From the NCBI GenBank assembly GCA_021796115.1, contig JAJYOP010000002.1:70842-134841 (forward strand): 64,000 nucleotides of DNA, in the 5' to 3' direction. The notes below the pieces were generated by a model. The model was not told where the DNA came from. It saw nothing but the letters and a program-made list of their open reading frames with translations, and ran no database searches. This DNA comes from a bacterium (GTDB taxonomy: Bacteria > Omnitrophota > Gorgyraeia > Duberdicusellales > 4484-171). The translations under genes were made by a program, and so were the position numbers. Within the stretch, counting starts at the first letter, position 1. Every line of letters begins with the position of its first letter. Shown piece after piece: positions 37,830 to 48,433 of the stretch.

Positions 37830-38200
37830 CTACAACTTTGAGTAAGTATCTTGACAATGGTTTTTTACAGTTCTTCTGCGATGTAACCTTATCGCCAAGG
37901 CTCCTCCACCCAAGAGGAATAATGCCGAACTGATAGACTCGGACATAACATTGAACGTTGCAGTAAAGCCCCTGATAAAACCATTCGGGTTCCTCCACAA
38001 AGCAATATCTATTTTACGGAGCGCAGAAAATGAATCCGGAAAACCGATAAACAAATAAGGCGTCTCTGACAATCCGAATATTGTTTGAGAAGAAGTCGCT
38101 GTGCTTGAATTTTACCGGTTATAAAAAATGATACACCATTTGCATCAATAGCGGCAAAAGCAGCGTTGTCATAAAAGCGAAAAGAAAAATAGATAACCAA
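37830..38200 (-). pseudogene. Decayed PEP-CTERM paralog 4
   Basis: Two overlapping ORFs in different frames together parallel paralog 1 (AAFAAIDANGVSFFIT / ATSSQTIFGLSETPYLFIGFPDSF...WRNPNGFIRGF). There is a frameshift near 38120 and an internal deletion of about 45 aa. PEP has become SES, and no signal peptide remains. Confidence 0.7.
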
Positions 38201-38240
38201 AAAAATGGCTACAAGTATTTTGGTTAATTTAGATAATCTA

Positions 38241-38249
38241 TGTTATAAT
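38241..38249 (+). promoter_or_regulatory. Extended -10 (TGTTATAAT) 6 nt before the hydrolase ATG
   Basis: tgttataat at 38241-38249, ATG at 38256, no Shine-Dalgarno. Confidence 0.4.
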
Positions 38250-38255
38250 TTCCTT

Positions 38256-39905
38256 ATGAAATTTCTAAAATTTATAGCGATTTTCGCGTTAATATTTTTA
38301 TGCATTCCTTCCTCTATCGCAAAAAGCTCTGATGATAGTAGCGAGTGGTATCCATTTTACTTTCCGGAAAAACTTGACCTTGGCTCCCCTCTTAATATAG
38401 GTAAATTAGTATTAGACGCACCTGCAGGAAAACATGGTTTTGTCAAAGTAAAAGACGGTCATTTCTATTTCGAAGACGGTACCCGCGCCAAATTCTGGGG
38501 AACAAACCTTTGCTTTAGTGCCTGTTTCCCCGATAAAAAGCAGGCAGAAATGCTTGCCAAACGTATCGCCTATTTTGGCTTCAATGCTGTGCGGTTACAC
38601 CACATGGACTGGGGTTTCGAACCTATGGGTATATTCGAAGATATTTGCCCTGCACATAAAAATCCTCAAATGAAAAAAACCGGGGTCTTAAGTAAAGCGC
38701 AAATGGATAAACTTGATTATTTAATTTATCAATTGAAAATTTGCGGGATATATATAGATATGAACCTGCTTGTCTCTAGGCATTTTACCGAAGCAGACGG
38801 AATAAAAGATGCTGGAAAGCTGGGCATGGCTGCCAAACCCTATTCCATGTTTGACCCAAAACTAATTGAACTTCAGAAACAATACGCTAAAGAGCTGCTT
38901 ACCCATTACAATAAATATACCAAACTTCGCTATTGTGACGACCCAGCGATTGCATTAATAGAAATCATAAATGAAACTTCCTTGAAAGCATTTAACCCGA
39001 TAAAAGCTCCGAAATATTACCGTAGCCAGCTTGGAATATTGAAAATGTTTTCCTATAGCACCATAGAAAAGAAATATTTCGACAGCATGGTTTCTTTTCT
39101 AAAAGAAAAATTGGGAATAAAAGTGCCAATTACCGGCAGCCAAAATACCGATATCGCTGTTCAGGAATCCTGTGATTTTATCGATAAACATAGATACTGG
39201 GACCATCCCAGGTTTCCCAATAAAAGTTGGGATATCAATGATTTCGTTATAAACAACAAATCAATGCTCTTGGATGAAAATCTTGGATTTATTCGCAAAC
39301 TAATTGAAATCAGGCCGGAAAATAAACCATTTACACTAACTGAATGGAATCATTGCCTGCCTAATCAGTATGCTTATGAAATGCCAATTGTATTAGCAGC
39401 TGAAGCATTGAAAAATAATTTTGATGGCTTATTCCAGTTTGCCTTCAGCCACGGATGGCAAGAAGCGCCGGTTTTTGATAATATTCACGGATATTTTGAT
39501 ACCATAGCTAACCCTCAAAAATTAATTCTTACCTCATTGGGTGGGCTAATATTTTTAAAAGAAGAAAATATTGAAAGCAGCTTCAAAGAAGGCATTTTTA
39601 CCGTAGACTCTCCTCGCTTGAATGCAGCGGTAGGTTTTATTAAAAATAAGCCGCTCACATTAGGGCAATTTACTATAACCGCAGACCAAAACGGAGCAGT
39701 TGCACTACTTAAAAACGGAAACAAATATATTTTATTTGCTGTAAGCGAAGTGAAAAATACCGGTAGCGGCTGGGATAGTAAAGGAAAATTTAACTGGGGG
39801 AAGGCGCCTGTAGTTCTAAGGCGAATTAACGTAAAAATTCAATATAATAATAAAATAATTCCTGTGAACCTATCCCAATCTCCCTGGGCTGAAATTAGCT
39901 TTTGA
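38256..39905 (+). CDS. Secreted clan GH-A (GH5-like) glycoside hydrolase
   Basis: Signal peptide from M18 of the ORF (MKFLKFIAIFALIFL). FWGTNL and NAVRLHHMD, an INETS acid/base-like motif and a LTEWNH nucleophile-like motif. Confidence 0.65.
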   Translation: MKFLKFIAIFALIFLCIPSSIAKSSDDSSEWYPFYFPEKLDLGSPLNIGKLVLDAPAGKHGFVKVKDGHFYFEDGTRAKFWGTNLCFSACFPDKKQAEMLAKRIAYFGFNAVRLHHMDWGFEPMGIFEDICPAHKNPQMKKTGVLSKAQMDKLDYLIYQLKICGIYIDMNLLVSRHFTEADGIKDAGKLGMAAKPYSMFDPKLIELQKQYAKELLTHYNKYTKLRYCDDPAIALIEIINETSLKAFNPIKAPKYYRSQLGILKMFSYSTIEKKYFDSMVSFLKEKLGIKVPITGSQNTDIAVQESCDFIDKHRYWDHPRFPNKSWDINDFVINNKSMLLDENLGFIRKLIEIRPENKPFTLTEWNHCLPNQYAYEMPIVLAAEALKNNFDGLFQFAFSHGWQEAPVFDNIHGYFDTIANPQKLILTSLGGLIFLKEENIESSFKEGIFTVDSPRLNAAVGFIKNKPLTLGQFTITADQNGAVALLKNGNKYILFAVSEVKNTGSGWDSKGKFNWGKAPVVLRRINVKIQYNNKIIPVNLSQSPWAEISF

Positions 39906-40614
39906 GCTTCTGCTTCAAAATTAACCAAAAAAGTTTTGAACCATCAATAATATAACGCCTGAACATCCGCTTTGGTTCAAGAGATATTCTCCAGAGCCAT
40001 TCCAGGTGAATTATTCTCATAAATTTCGGCGCACGGGGAAGGGTACCGGAAAGATAATCAAACAATGCGCCAACCCCAAGACATAAACGGACATCTAATT
40101 TATCTAGATTTTTATAAATCCATTTTTCCTGCAACGGCACGCCCATTGCCACAAAAAGAATATCCGCCTTTGAGGAATTGATTTTTTCAATAACGGCTTC
40201 GTTGTTCGCAAAGTAACCGCTTTGCGCACCGACAATCTGAATAGCCGGGACATGTTTACTAACGTTATGCGCGGCCTTCTCGGCAATGCCTTCTTTCGCG
40301 CCGAGAAAAAAAATTTTGTAGTTATGTTGCGCGGCTTTTGCCATAAAAAGAGGCGAAAAGTCTGTACCGTTACAATTATCTTTCATTCGCCACCCGAATA
40401 ACCTAGTTATCAATTTTACTCCTATTCCATCAGGCAAAATAAGCTCGGCGGAATTTAAAATATTTCTATACTCTATATCGTGCTGGGCTTTATAAATACA
40501 ATCTGCGTTAAGAAAAAATATTTTCGATTTACTTTGAATTTGTAATAATTCCAAAGACTGCCCAAGCGCCTCATTAATTGTTATATTGTTATATTTACAA
40601 TCAAGGATTTGCAT
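39895..40614 (-). CDS. WecB/TagA/CpsF-family glycosyltransferase
   Basis: LPDGIGV, FFLGAKEG and GVPLQEKW pattern. Confidence 0.8.
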   Translation of the reverse strand: MQILDCKYNNITINEALGQSLELLQIQSKSKIFFLNADCIYKAQHDIEYRNILNSAELILPDGIGVKLITRLFGWRMKDNCNGTDFSPLFMAKAAQHNYKIFFLGAKEGIAEKAAHNVSKHVPAIQIVGAQSGYFANNEAVIEKINSSKADILFVAMGVPLQEKWIYKNLDKLDVRLCLGVGALFDYLSGTLPRAPKFMRIIHLEWLWRISLEPKRMFRRYIIDGSKLFWLILKQKLKS

Positions 40615-40650
40615 ACTGAAGATTTTTCATTTTCCTGATAATTCTTTTGT

Positions 40651-41742
40651 TTAATAATATTCCTTTGTAATTTTTTTAGCGACGATATCCCATGAGAATT
40701 TTGCCCCGCGCTTACGCGCGTTAAAACTTAAAATGCGGTATTGGTCATCTTTCAGGGCTAATATTTCAAAAATATTCTCTGCGGATCCCTTATGATTATT
40801 AAAATCTGTTAGCATTCCGCAATTATATCCATTTAAAAAACTCTTGAATGACTCTATATCATTTAAAACGCAGGGAGTGCCGGAGGCTAACGCTTCGACC
40901 GCAGAAATGCCAAAAGATTCATATTGTGAAGCTGATACAAAAATATGCGCCTTCGAAAATTCTTCAACCAATTCTTTTTCGGTAATTTTTCCTAAAAAGG
41001 CGACGTTATCTTTAATATTTAATTTATCGATCAACTTATCCAATTGGTGTTTTATGCCAGCCCAGTCCGAACCTGCAATTCGCAACTTTATGCTTTTATT
41101 TTTTTCTTTTAATAGTGCAACGGTTAATAACAAATTATCTATTCTTTTATTCACATCAAGCCTTCCGACAAATAACAACGACCATGGTGCAACTCGCTTA
41201 TCAATGTTATTGAACTTATTGGTATCGACGCCATCATCAATAAGAACTATTTTTTTACTAATTTGGCCAAATAACTTGTAATCGTGTATGCTATCAACTA
41301 TTATTTTATCGCATCCTAGTAATATCAGTCTTGTCACTAAATAAAAGTATATTTTCTTGAACCACATAAGCCATGGCGTATGGAAAAATCCTCCATGCGT
41401 ATGCACGATAAGCTTTTTTTTGTGAATAAACTTTGTCAGAACAAGATAATCTACAAAAAAATCTATGCAATGAATATGAATGATATCGTAATCGCCTAAA
41501 TATTTTATACAAGAAAGAGCTACGGGATAACGTTTTATTCCAATAAATGGTATGCGCTTAATTGGTATGCCGGCATAGGTTTCCTGTTTATTTAAGGCTT
41601 GGCCTGTTGCAAAATTTTTGTTGAGAGTTAAAATGCTGACTTCATTACCGAAACGTTTTTGTTCTTTGGCCAAGCATTCTACAAAATTCTCAATGCCACC
41701 TACGCATGGATAAAACTGTCTAACAACATGTAATATTCTCAT
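40651..41742 (-). CDS. GT4-family (GT-B) glycosyltransferase
   Basis: MRILHVV...GGIE N-terminus and a C-terminal E(x7)E-type region (SQYESFGISAVEALASGTP). Confidence 0.85.
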   Translation of the reverse strand: MRILHVVRQFYPCVGGIENFVECLAKEQKRFGNEVSILTLNKNFATGQALNKQETYAGIPIKRIPFIGIKRYPVALSCIKYLGDYDIIHIHCIDFFVDYLVLTKFIHKKKLIVHTHGGFFHTPWLMWFKKIYFYLVTRLILLGCDKIIVDSIHDYKLFGQISKKIVLIDDGVDTNKFNNIDKRVAPWSLLFVGRLDVNKRIDNLLLTVALLKEKNKSIKLRIAGSDWAGIKHQLDKLIDKLNIKDNVAFLGKITEKELVEEFSKAHIFVSASQYESFGISAVEALASGTPCVLNDIESFKSFLNGYNCGMLTDFNNHKGSAENIFEILALKDDQYRILSFNARKRGAKFSWDIVAKKITKEYY

Positions 41743-41745
41743 CGG

Positions 41746-42462
41746 TTACATTTGCTTCATTGATATACAAACCCAGTTTTCGCCTAAGCTCCAATTAAAG
41801 AACCCTCTATATATCATATTTAATAATACATGGGTCCCAATGAATAATGGTTTTTGTATTACGTTAGGAATAAATTTAAAATATGGGGTATCCCATAATG
41901 TATCCGTGCCTTCTTCTAAAATAATAAATTTAAAGTCTAGCAATATTTTTTTCCATTCTTTTGAACTAAGAATAGACACGTGTGTTTCATCGCGAAATCC
42001 AAACCATTGCTCCCTTTTAATTCGCGCACCGAATGAAATTGGGTTTGGGGTTCTAACTATTAGTATACCACCAATTTTTAAAACTCTGTTCGCTTCTTTA
42101 AAGAATAGTTCTGGCTGCCGTAAATGCTCGATTACATCAAACGCCACTATAACATCAAAGAATGATGTTTTGAACGGTAATTTAGTAGCATCGCATAATT
42201 TAATAATTGCCTTTGGCGCAACTTCTCTCGCAATATCTACTGCATATTCATTAATATCGATCCCCCAAATACTATAATAAGAAGATATTCTTTTTAGGAA
42301 ATAACCTTCTCCACACCCAACTTCAAGGAGCTTCCCGCTTTCCTTATATTTTCGAATATACTTAATCCAGAATATGTTAACATATGGGTTATCCCCTCTT
42401 CTGTGAAAAATAGATCGCTTGTAATGTTTCTCGTAGTAACTGGAACCATGTTTATTACTCAT
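41746..42462 (-). CDS. Class I SAM-dependent methyltransferase
   Basis: LLEVGCGEGYF motif I and FDVIVAFDVIEH. Confidence 0.8.
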   Translation of the reverse strand: MSNKHGSSYYEKHYKRSIFHRRGDNPYVNIFWIKYIRKYKESGKLLEVGCGEGYFLKRISSYYSIWGIDINEYAVDIAREVAPKAIIKLCDATKLPFKTSFFDVIVAFDVIEHLRQPELFFKEANRVLKIGGILIVRTPNPISFGARIKREQWFGFRDETHVSILSSKEWKKILLDFKFIILEEGTDTLWDTPYFKFIPNVIQKPLFIGTHVLLNMIYRGFFNWSLGENWVCISMKQM

Positions 42463-42565
42463 AATCCATTATTCGAAAAAAGTACGTAATTTAATTTAAT
42501 CTTACATAATTAGTTTATTGTCTTACAATATGCAGAATTTTTATATTGCATTATCCAAATTAACA

Positions 42566-43849
42566 TTATACCGAAACCAGAAAGCAATAAAGAATGCAGC
42601 AGCTAAGCGCTATTGCCATAATCCCGCTAACAACCAGCCTGCTGTCTAGCGTTCTAAGTTCGTCACTCTTGCAATTTGCGATAATATTTCTGTTATTAAC
42701 AACATATAAACTATATACAATATACATAAAATTAGGCAGCGTAGATGTTTCTACCACTACACCAAAAAGTATATAACACACAATAGTTATTCTTGTTATT
42801 TTATTAAAAAAATAATTTTTCAATGTTGCGGTGTTTCTTAGCCTAAATGTCGAAAGGATAAATTCATAAACAACCAAAAGCCACGCAAACAAACCAATAA
42901 TTCCATAACTCCAAAGCATATGGACGGCATCATTGTCAATATACATAAAACTGCCTTTTGAAAAATATGGGTTGCCCCCATTGCCAAACAACTGATTTAA
43001 CAGTGGCATTTTTTGATATACGGAAGTTATTTCTTCGAATTTCCAAACTCTACCATGCAACCCTGAAATAATTTTTAGATTTACGACATCTGATATCTTT
43101 ACGGGTGAAAATTTTGAAATTATAAATAATGCTAGAATAAACATTGCGAAGAAGAAAAGAATCATTTTCCATTTAGCTCTATATTTTACGGAAATATCGC
43201 CATACCATAAAATAAAAATTATAACCACAATAAAATATGCGGCTCTGTGGTATGAAATAAAAATAGCTGCCAAGGTTGCTAATATATATAAGACCAACGG
43301 CCACTTTGGCATCCGTCCACTCTTTTCAAGATGGATAAAATAAAGCGCAAATAGTATCGAGAATATCAATATCCTGGTTAGGCCTGTGGGATGCCCATAG
43401 CCCCCGGATGCTCTTCCAACTCTTCCTACCGTCGGAAGCCAGTCAAAATAAGTGTATGGTATCACATGGAAATATTGCAAAAATGACAAGATTATCGGTA
43501 TAAGCGATACAACGATAAACCATTTCATAAATAATTCTATCTTCCTGAGATTGTTTTCATCTTTCCAGAAATAAAATAAAAAAATCATGGGCGAAATTAG
43601 CCTGGCGAATAAAGCATATGAATATAAATAGTTATTGAATGCCATATTAGAAAAAATAACTATCGGCAAAAATAGAGCAAAGCTTTTCGGATAAAATAAC
43701 TGCTTATTTTTCAAGAGCACTAAAGCTATCACCGATACAAATAATACGATCCCTACAATATCGGCAATATTAAAACCGAGAAATCTATTGTTCCAGGCTA
43801 GGTCTATTATTGGCCTTAAAATTAAAATTAGAAAAAGTATTTTTTTCAT
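42566..43849 (-). CDS. O-antigen ligase/Wzy-like polymerase
   Basis: About 10-12 predicted TM helices. Very AT-rich and poorly conserved, as is typical of Wzy. Sits inside the Wzx-dependent locus. Confidence 0.65.
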   Translation of the reverse strand: MKKILFLILILRPIIDLAWNNRFLGFNIADIVGIVLFVSVIALVLLKNKQLFYPKSFALFLPIVIFSNMAFNNYLYSYALFARLISPMIFLFYFWKDENNLRKIELFMKWFIVVSLIPIILSFLQYFHVIPYTYFDWLPTVGRVGRASGGYGHPTGLTRILIFSILFALYFIHLEKSGRMPKWPLVLYILATLAAIFISYHRAAYFIVVIIFILWYGDISVKYRAKWKMILFFFAMFILALFIISKFSPVKISDVVNLKIISGLHGRVWKFEEITSVYQKMPLLNQLFGNGGNPYFSKGSFMYIDNDAVHMLWSYGIIGLFAWLLVVYEFILSTFRLRNTATLKNYFFNKITRITIVCYILFGVVVETSTLPNFMYIVYSLYVVNNRNIIANCKSDELRTLDSRLVVSGIMAIALSCCILYCFLVSV

Positions 43850-43926
43850 ATGTTACCTTCTGGTAGATTATTATATGAATTTTTGATAGCCATTATTTAT
43901 TTTTGTATCATGATGCTTTTAGGAAA

Positions 43927-44808
43927 TTACTTCCTATTCATAATAATTCTGCCAAATAATTGCGCGGCGAGCTTCTGCATCTGCTTTGTCTGCATATAGG
44001 CAATTAAATTTTTATCGTGATAACGATCTTTTCTAGTAAACCAAGCTGCATAATAGCCAATTATTGTGTATAGCCCACCGATTATAAATGGTGATTCGCA
44101 CATACGATATATGCCTTTCGCTAAAATATATAATGGATGATAACCATAAAAATATAAAATATTACCAGTAGTATAACATCCCTTTAGAATACTCCCTTGT
44201 TTGTACCCGATTTGTTTATAATGAATAAAAGATATGTCACCAAAACTTTTGGTATCCCATCCTTTCATTTGAGCTCTTATATTATCTAACATATCCCAAC
44301 AAATGTTTTCTTCAAGAACACCTCCAATATCAAGAAAGCATTCTTTTCTATACACCTTTGATGGTCCCATCGTTGATGTATCTGAAGACCTATACAGGAC
44401 TGTTTTCCCTCGTTTTAGATAATATGATTTCCCACTTGCTATGCCGAGACAAGAGTTATTCTTAAATTTATTAAATATTTTTTCAAAATAGTCTGAATCA
44501 AATGATACATCACCATCAAGATTCACAATAAAATCATAATCGCTAGAAATATAGCTTAGGGATATATTAAATGCCTCTGCTGGACCCTTGCCTGCTCTAT
44601 GGCCTTTATTGGGTCTATCAATAACGGTTATCCATTTGTTTGATAGGTATCTTTCAATAATACTTCGCGTAGAATCTGTCGAGCCATCGTTGACAATAAT
44701 CCATTGAATTGGTTTTATTGTTTGAGCCAATACAGATTTTATTGTTTGCTCAAGAAATGATTCTTCATTTCTTACTGGAGTAATAATAATATAACGCGGG
44801 TTATTCAT
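43927..44808 (-). CDS. Family 2 glycosyltransferase with C-terminal membrane anchor
   Basis: IITPVRNEE, NDGSTD and LDGD motifs. Confidence 0.85.
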   Translation of the reverse strand: MNNPRYIIITPVRNEESFLEQTIKSVLAQTIKPIQWIIVNDGSTDSTRSIIERYLSNKWITVIDRPNKGHRAGKGPAEAFNISLSYISSDYDFIVNLDGDVSFDSDYFEKIFNKFKNNSCLGIASGKSYYLKRGKTVLYRSSDTSTMGPSKVYRKECFLDIGGVLEENICWDMLDNIRAQMKGWDTKSFGDISFIHYKQIGYKQGSILKGCYTTGNILYFYGYHPLYILAKGIYRMCESPFIIGGLYTIIGYYAAWFTRKDRYHDKNLIAYMQTKQMQKLAAQLFGRIIMNRK

Positions 44809-44813
44809 TCTTA

Positions 44814-46043
44814 TTACTTACTATCCAAAATTTGTTTAATATATTTACCGCTATCCATGGCACGTTTTTTAATGTCTGCTATTTTTGTGTGCAAATCATG
44901 TACAATTGAATTATGACTTTGTTGCATATTTATCAATTTTTCCAATATTACGTTACTATTTATATCCCTAGAGTTTATACAAAATTCTGTAGTTTCAAAT
45001 ATATCTTTGTTTAAACCTATAGATTTACTGCTATAAGAAAGGCTCAGCGTTGGGACTAACGATGACAATGCCGCAATAGTAGAATGAGTTCTTGCACCCA
45101 AAAAAAGTGCCATCTTGCTTATTACCCATTTCATCTGGCTAGCATTTAAAATAGGCGGTATCAAGGTAATATCATGCTTTGTAGAATCAATCAATGTTTT
45201 GGCATCTCGCATAAATGAATAATCGTTACATCCATCGTTAAGTACGTGCGGAATTAAATATATTGGCCTTTGCATTTTCGAGCTAATACTAGCGATAATC
45301 TGAGCAGATATTTCTACACATTTTTTCATGTCTCCATTGGTAATATACCGCGCAAGTAATGGACTAAGATTAATGCCTATTCCTCCTTCGTTTATGACAA
45401 CATTAAATTTATCCATTTGCGGAAACTGCGCGTTTAACAAAAAGGCGGGATCCGCGACTCTATAAACATTTTCCTTAATCCCTTTTGAAGTTAAGTAATC
45501 AATGGTTTCCGATTCTCTTGCAAAAATATAAACATTTTTTAACTTTTTTAATATATGTTTTTCAAAATATGGGAATTTTGAAAAAGGGCCAACAGATGCT
45601 GCCCATAAAATCATGGGTTTCTTTTTCGATATTACAATATCATTGAGATCAATATAAAATTTTGGTATACCGTAATCAAGCGAATAATTATCTCCCCCTA
45701 TTGAAAGCACTGCTCTTGAATCTTTTAGATAACCAAGCATTTCCTTAAATCGGAGTTGCTTCAAGGTGAGCGGCAAAGAGTACTCATTAATTTTATCACT
45801 TAGCCAACCAAATGAATACTTGCGATGGAAAAAACGACCTATATGTATAATTCGCGAATCATATTCTAAACGTACTTGTTTAAGGTATTCTTTTTTGTTT
45901 TTAAAATTACTATGAATAATGAATGAGTTCTCCTTAAAATAACTATCTAATATCGTAGCTGTTCCGCGTACAATCGCCTCACACCCAAGATTAGTATATG
46001 GCCCATTACCCACTAACGTGAAAATATTTTCGCTCATCTCCAT
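44814..46043 (-). CDS. Polysaccharide pyruvyl transferase family protein
   Basis: [13 protein letters not shown] and SIGGDNYS motifs with WcaK/CsaB-like architecture. Confidence 0.7.
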   Translation of the reverse strand: MEMSENIFTLVGNGPYTNLGCEAIVRGTATILDSYFKENSFIIHSNFKNKKEYLKQVRLEYDSRIIHIGRFFHRKYSFGWLSDKINEYSLPLTLKQLRFKEMLGYLKDSRAVLSIGGDNYSLDYGIPKFYIDLNDIVISKKKPMILWAASVGPFSKFPYFEKHILKKLKNVYIFARESETIDYLTSKGIKENVYRVADPAFLLNAQFPQMDKFNVVINEGGIGINLSPLLARYITNGDMKKCVEISAQIIASISSKMQRPIYLIPHVLNDGCNDYSFMRDAKTLIDSTKHDITLIPPILNASQMKWVISKMALFLGARTHSTIAALSSLVPTLSLSYSSKSIGLNKDIFETTEFCINSRDINSNVILEKLINMQQSHNSIVHDLHTKIADIKKRAMDSGKYIKQILDSK

Positions 46044-47194
46044 TGCCTCTTCATAAAATATAAATACCCTGCCATCAATTTTATAAGCCGCTTAAATTCT
46101 CTCGGGTATCGTATACGGGAAAGAGATCTTGCTTTTCGTTCTCTAATATTAATTTCAAATGATTTTTTTAATATACCAGCATCTAAGTCTTTAATGGTCA
46201 ACGCATTGGCATCCGCCATAGATTTTATTAGGCTTAGGCCTTGTTCGGACCTTGCAATTGCAACATTAGTTCCAGTGGTATCGTTCTTGGTTTCCTCTAG
46301 CCAGGCGTCTCCAAACGATAAATCAGAAAATTCACCAAAGAAATCTGCGCAGCAGTAACACGAAAATGGTATAAAATAACCTCTTCCGAAAAATTGCCAC
46401 CAGGCATTCGGGAAAAACAAGGAAAATGTTTTTTCTTTGGTAGTAACTGTTGTTTTCCCCGGCCAGCCATCGCCGCGCCACCTGAATTCGTTTACTTCCG
46501 AGGAATTTATATTGTTTTTATAAAGGAAAAAATCAATTGCTTTATATGAGGGGGTATGATTACAAAATAGCGTAAATATAAATGCAATTTTCCTTGATAA
46601 TTCTTTATCAATTTCCATGGCCTTTCTTAACGCAATGGCATGGCACGGTAAACACACAACCGCAAATTTACCGTTTTTATTTTTTATTTCGCTTAAACCA
46701 TCAGATAGTGACATCGGGCAATATTTTGAGCACCTTGCATTAATAATGCCTTCCTCGGTTTCTGCTAAAAATGACCGCGAACGCAAAACCTTTCCATATG
46801 TTAGTTTTGTAACAATGGCTCCGGAAATTATTTTTTTGCGCAATAATTCACACAATAGACTAGTCACCATACCTCCGGATGAACCGTTATATCTAAAAGT
46901 TTTATCATTAGCGTATCCGGAATAAATGGCCAAATAATTGCCTATGGTATAATCGGTAGGCAAATTCCCGAATATATCAGTATTCATTGCATTTAAATCA
47001 AACCGTATTTTAGGGCACACTCTTCGGCACTTTCCGCAATTAATACAAAGTGCCTTGTCTACAACAGGCAGATTAAAACCATAATTAGTTACGCGCAGAG
47101 AAATTGCCCCTACCGGACAAACAGCTGCGCAAACGCCGCAGCCGCAGCATTTTGTTTTTAGAAATCCCGTTTGTATATTTTTTTTCGATTTCAC
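46034..47194 (-). CDS. FrhB-like (F420 hydrogenase beta-subunit family) protein with 2x[4Fe-4S] ferredoxin domain
   Basis: [12 protein letters not shown] and [12 protein letters not shown] motifs, then an FrhB_N/FrhB_C-like body. Confidence 0.7.
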   Translation of the reverse strand: MKSKKNIQTGFLKTKCCGCGVCAAVCPVGAISLRVTNYGFNLPVVDKALCINCGKCRRVCPKIRFDLNAMNTDIFGNLPTDYTIGNYLAIYSGYANDKTFRYNGSSGGMVTSLLCELLRKKIISGAIVTKLTYGKVLRSRSFLAETEEGIINARCSKYCPMSLSDGLSEIKNKNGKFAVVCLPCHAIALRKAMEIDKELSRKIAFIFTLFCNHTPSYKAIDFFLYKNNINSSEVNEFRWRGDGWPGKTTVTTKEKTFSLFFPNAWWQFFGRGYFIPFSCYCCADFFGEFSDLSFGDAWLEETKNDTTGTNVAIARSEQGLSLIKSMADANALTIKDLDAGILKKSFEINIRERKARSLSRIRYPREFKRLIKLMAGYLYFMKRQWR

Positions 47195-47206
47195 TATATC
47201 CTTATG

Positions 47207-48433
47207 TTAAGCCGGAACACTTTCGGCAGTTGATATATGTGTGCCTGAAGATTGTTTATAAACAACAAAATATGCACTTATAACCCTAAATATCCATGAC
47301 GACATTGTTGAAATAGCGGCCCCGCGTAAACCATATATAGGTATTAAAAAGTAATTACCCGCTACATTTATGAATATACCGATTACACATGTCGACAGAA
47401 ATAAGCGCAGGTACTTTTCCGGAAGGCGGCCGCCGATAATACCGGAAGGGATTGAATACATAACCCTGAGAAATCCTATGATAATAAAAAATACCAGAAG
47501 ATAGGCAGAGGCGTCATATTTGCCGCCAAAAAATAAATGCAGTAATGTTTTGCCAAATAGCGCATATCCGGCACACACAACGCCGGCGGCTACGGTTACT
47601 TTTACGGTGTCTTTTTTAATAGACCGTGTCAAATCTATTGCATAATGAGGCATCAACACAAACCATAACGCCATGGCAATTAAATCAAATCCTCGAGTAA
47701 TTGTAATTACAACAACATAATCGGCAAGTTTTTCGTATCCGAGCATTTTCGCAATAAAAAATTTGTCTATTTGGATCATAATCATAAAAGAAAAACTGAT
47801 CATAAAAAGCCACAGCCCTTCCTTCACAACCTTACCCGGAACCGGTTCTTTGCCTAGCGGCAATTTCTTGACGGATAGCGATGAAATAGCCCAGGTAATT
47901 ACAAATATTGATGAATAAGCAATGAGTAAAGTGTTGAGTGAGTTATTCTTATACAGACAAACGACAAATATAAGAAGAATAAAAAAGACGATAGATGATG
48001 TTTTAGTAAGAAACATGGAATATGCATACCGCTCTTTAGCGCGCATAAGCGCTGAATGATATTCTATCCCCACTCCTGCTATTACAGCGATATAGGCGTA
48101 CAAAAGTTCGATTTTCATCTTGTAATAATACGCCAACGCAAAACATATTAATGCCGCCACTATGATGGTAAATTTTAGGCAAGAATCTATAAATCCACGC
48201 CAATTGTAACGCTCCAGCTTCTCTTTTCCAAAAATCCTTATTATAGCCATATTTTGCCCGAACAATAAAAGGCTGGATAAAGTTAATGCAACAGTATTGA
48301 TAAACTTGAATTCACCAAATACCGATGCGGGCAAAGATCGCCCCAAGATAATGTTATTCATCATCTCGGCAAGAGCCGCTACTCCTAAAATAAAAAATAC
48401 CGACCATACTTTTCTTGTTAAATTTAGTTTCAT
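47207..48433 (-). CDS. wzx: Wzx-type oligosaccharide flippase (MOP superfamily)
   Basis: About 12 TM helices and polysaccharide-biosynthesis-protein-like topology. Confidence 0.7.
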   Translation of the reverse strand: MKLNLTRKVWSVFFILGVAALAEMMNNIILGRSLPASVFGEFKFINTVALTLSSLLLFGQNMAIIRIFGKEKLERYNWRGFIDSCLKFTIIVAALICFALAYYYKMKIELLYAYIAVIAGVGIEYHSALMRAKERYAYSMFLTKTSSIVFFILLIFVVCLYKNNSLNTLLIAYSSIFVITWAISSLSVKKLPLGKEPVPGKVVKEGLWLFMISFSFMIMIQIDKFFIAKMLGYEKLADYVVVITITRGFDLIAMALWFVLMPHYAIDLTRSIKKDTVKVTVAAGVVCAGYALFGKTLLHLFFGGKYDASAYLLVFFIIIGFLRVMYSIPSGIIGGRLPEKYLRLFLSTCVIGIFINVAGNYFLIPIYGLRGAAISTMSSWIFRVISAYFVVYKQSSGTHISTAESVPA

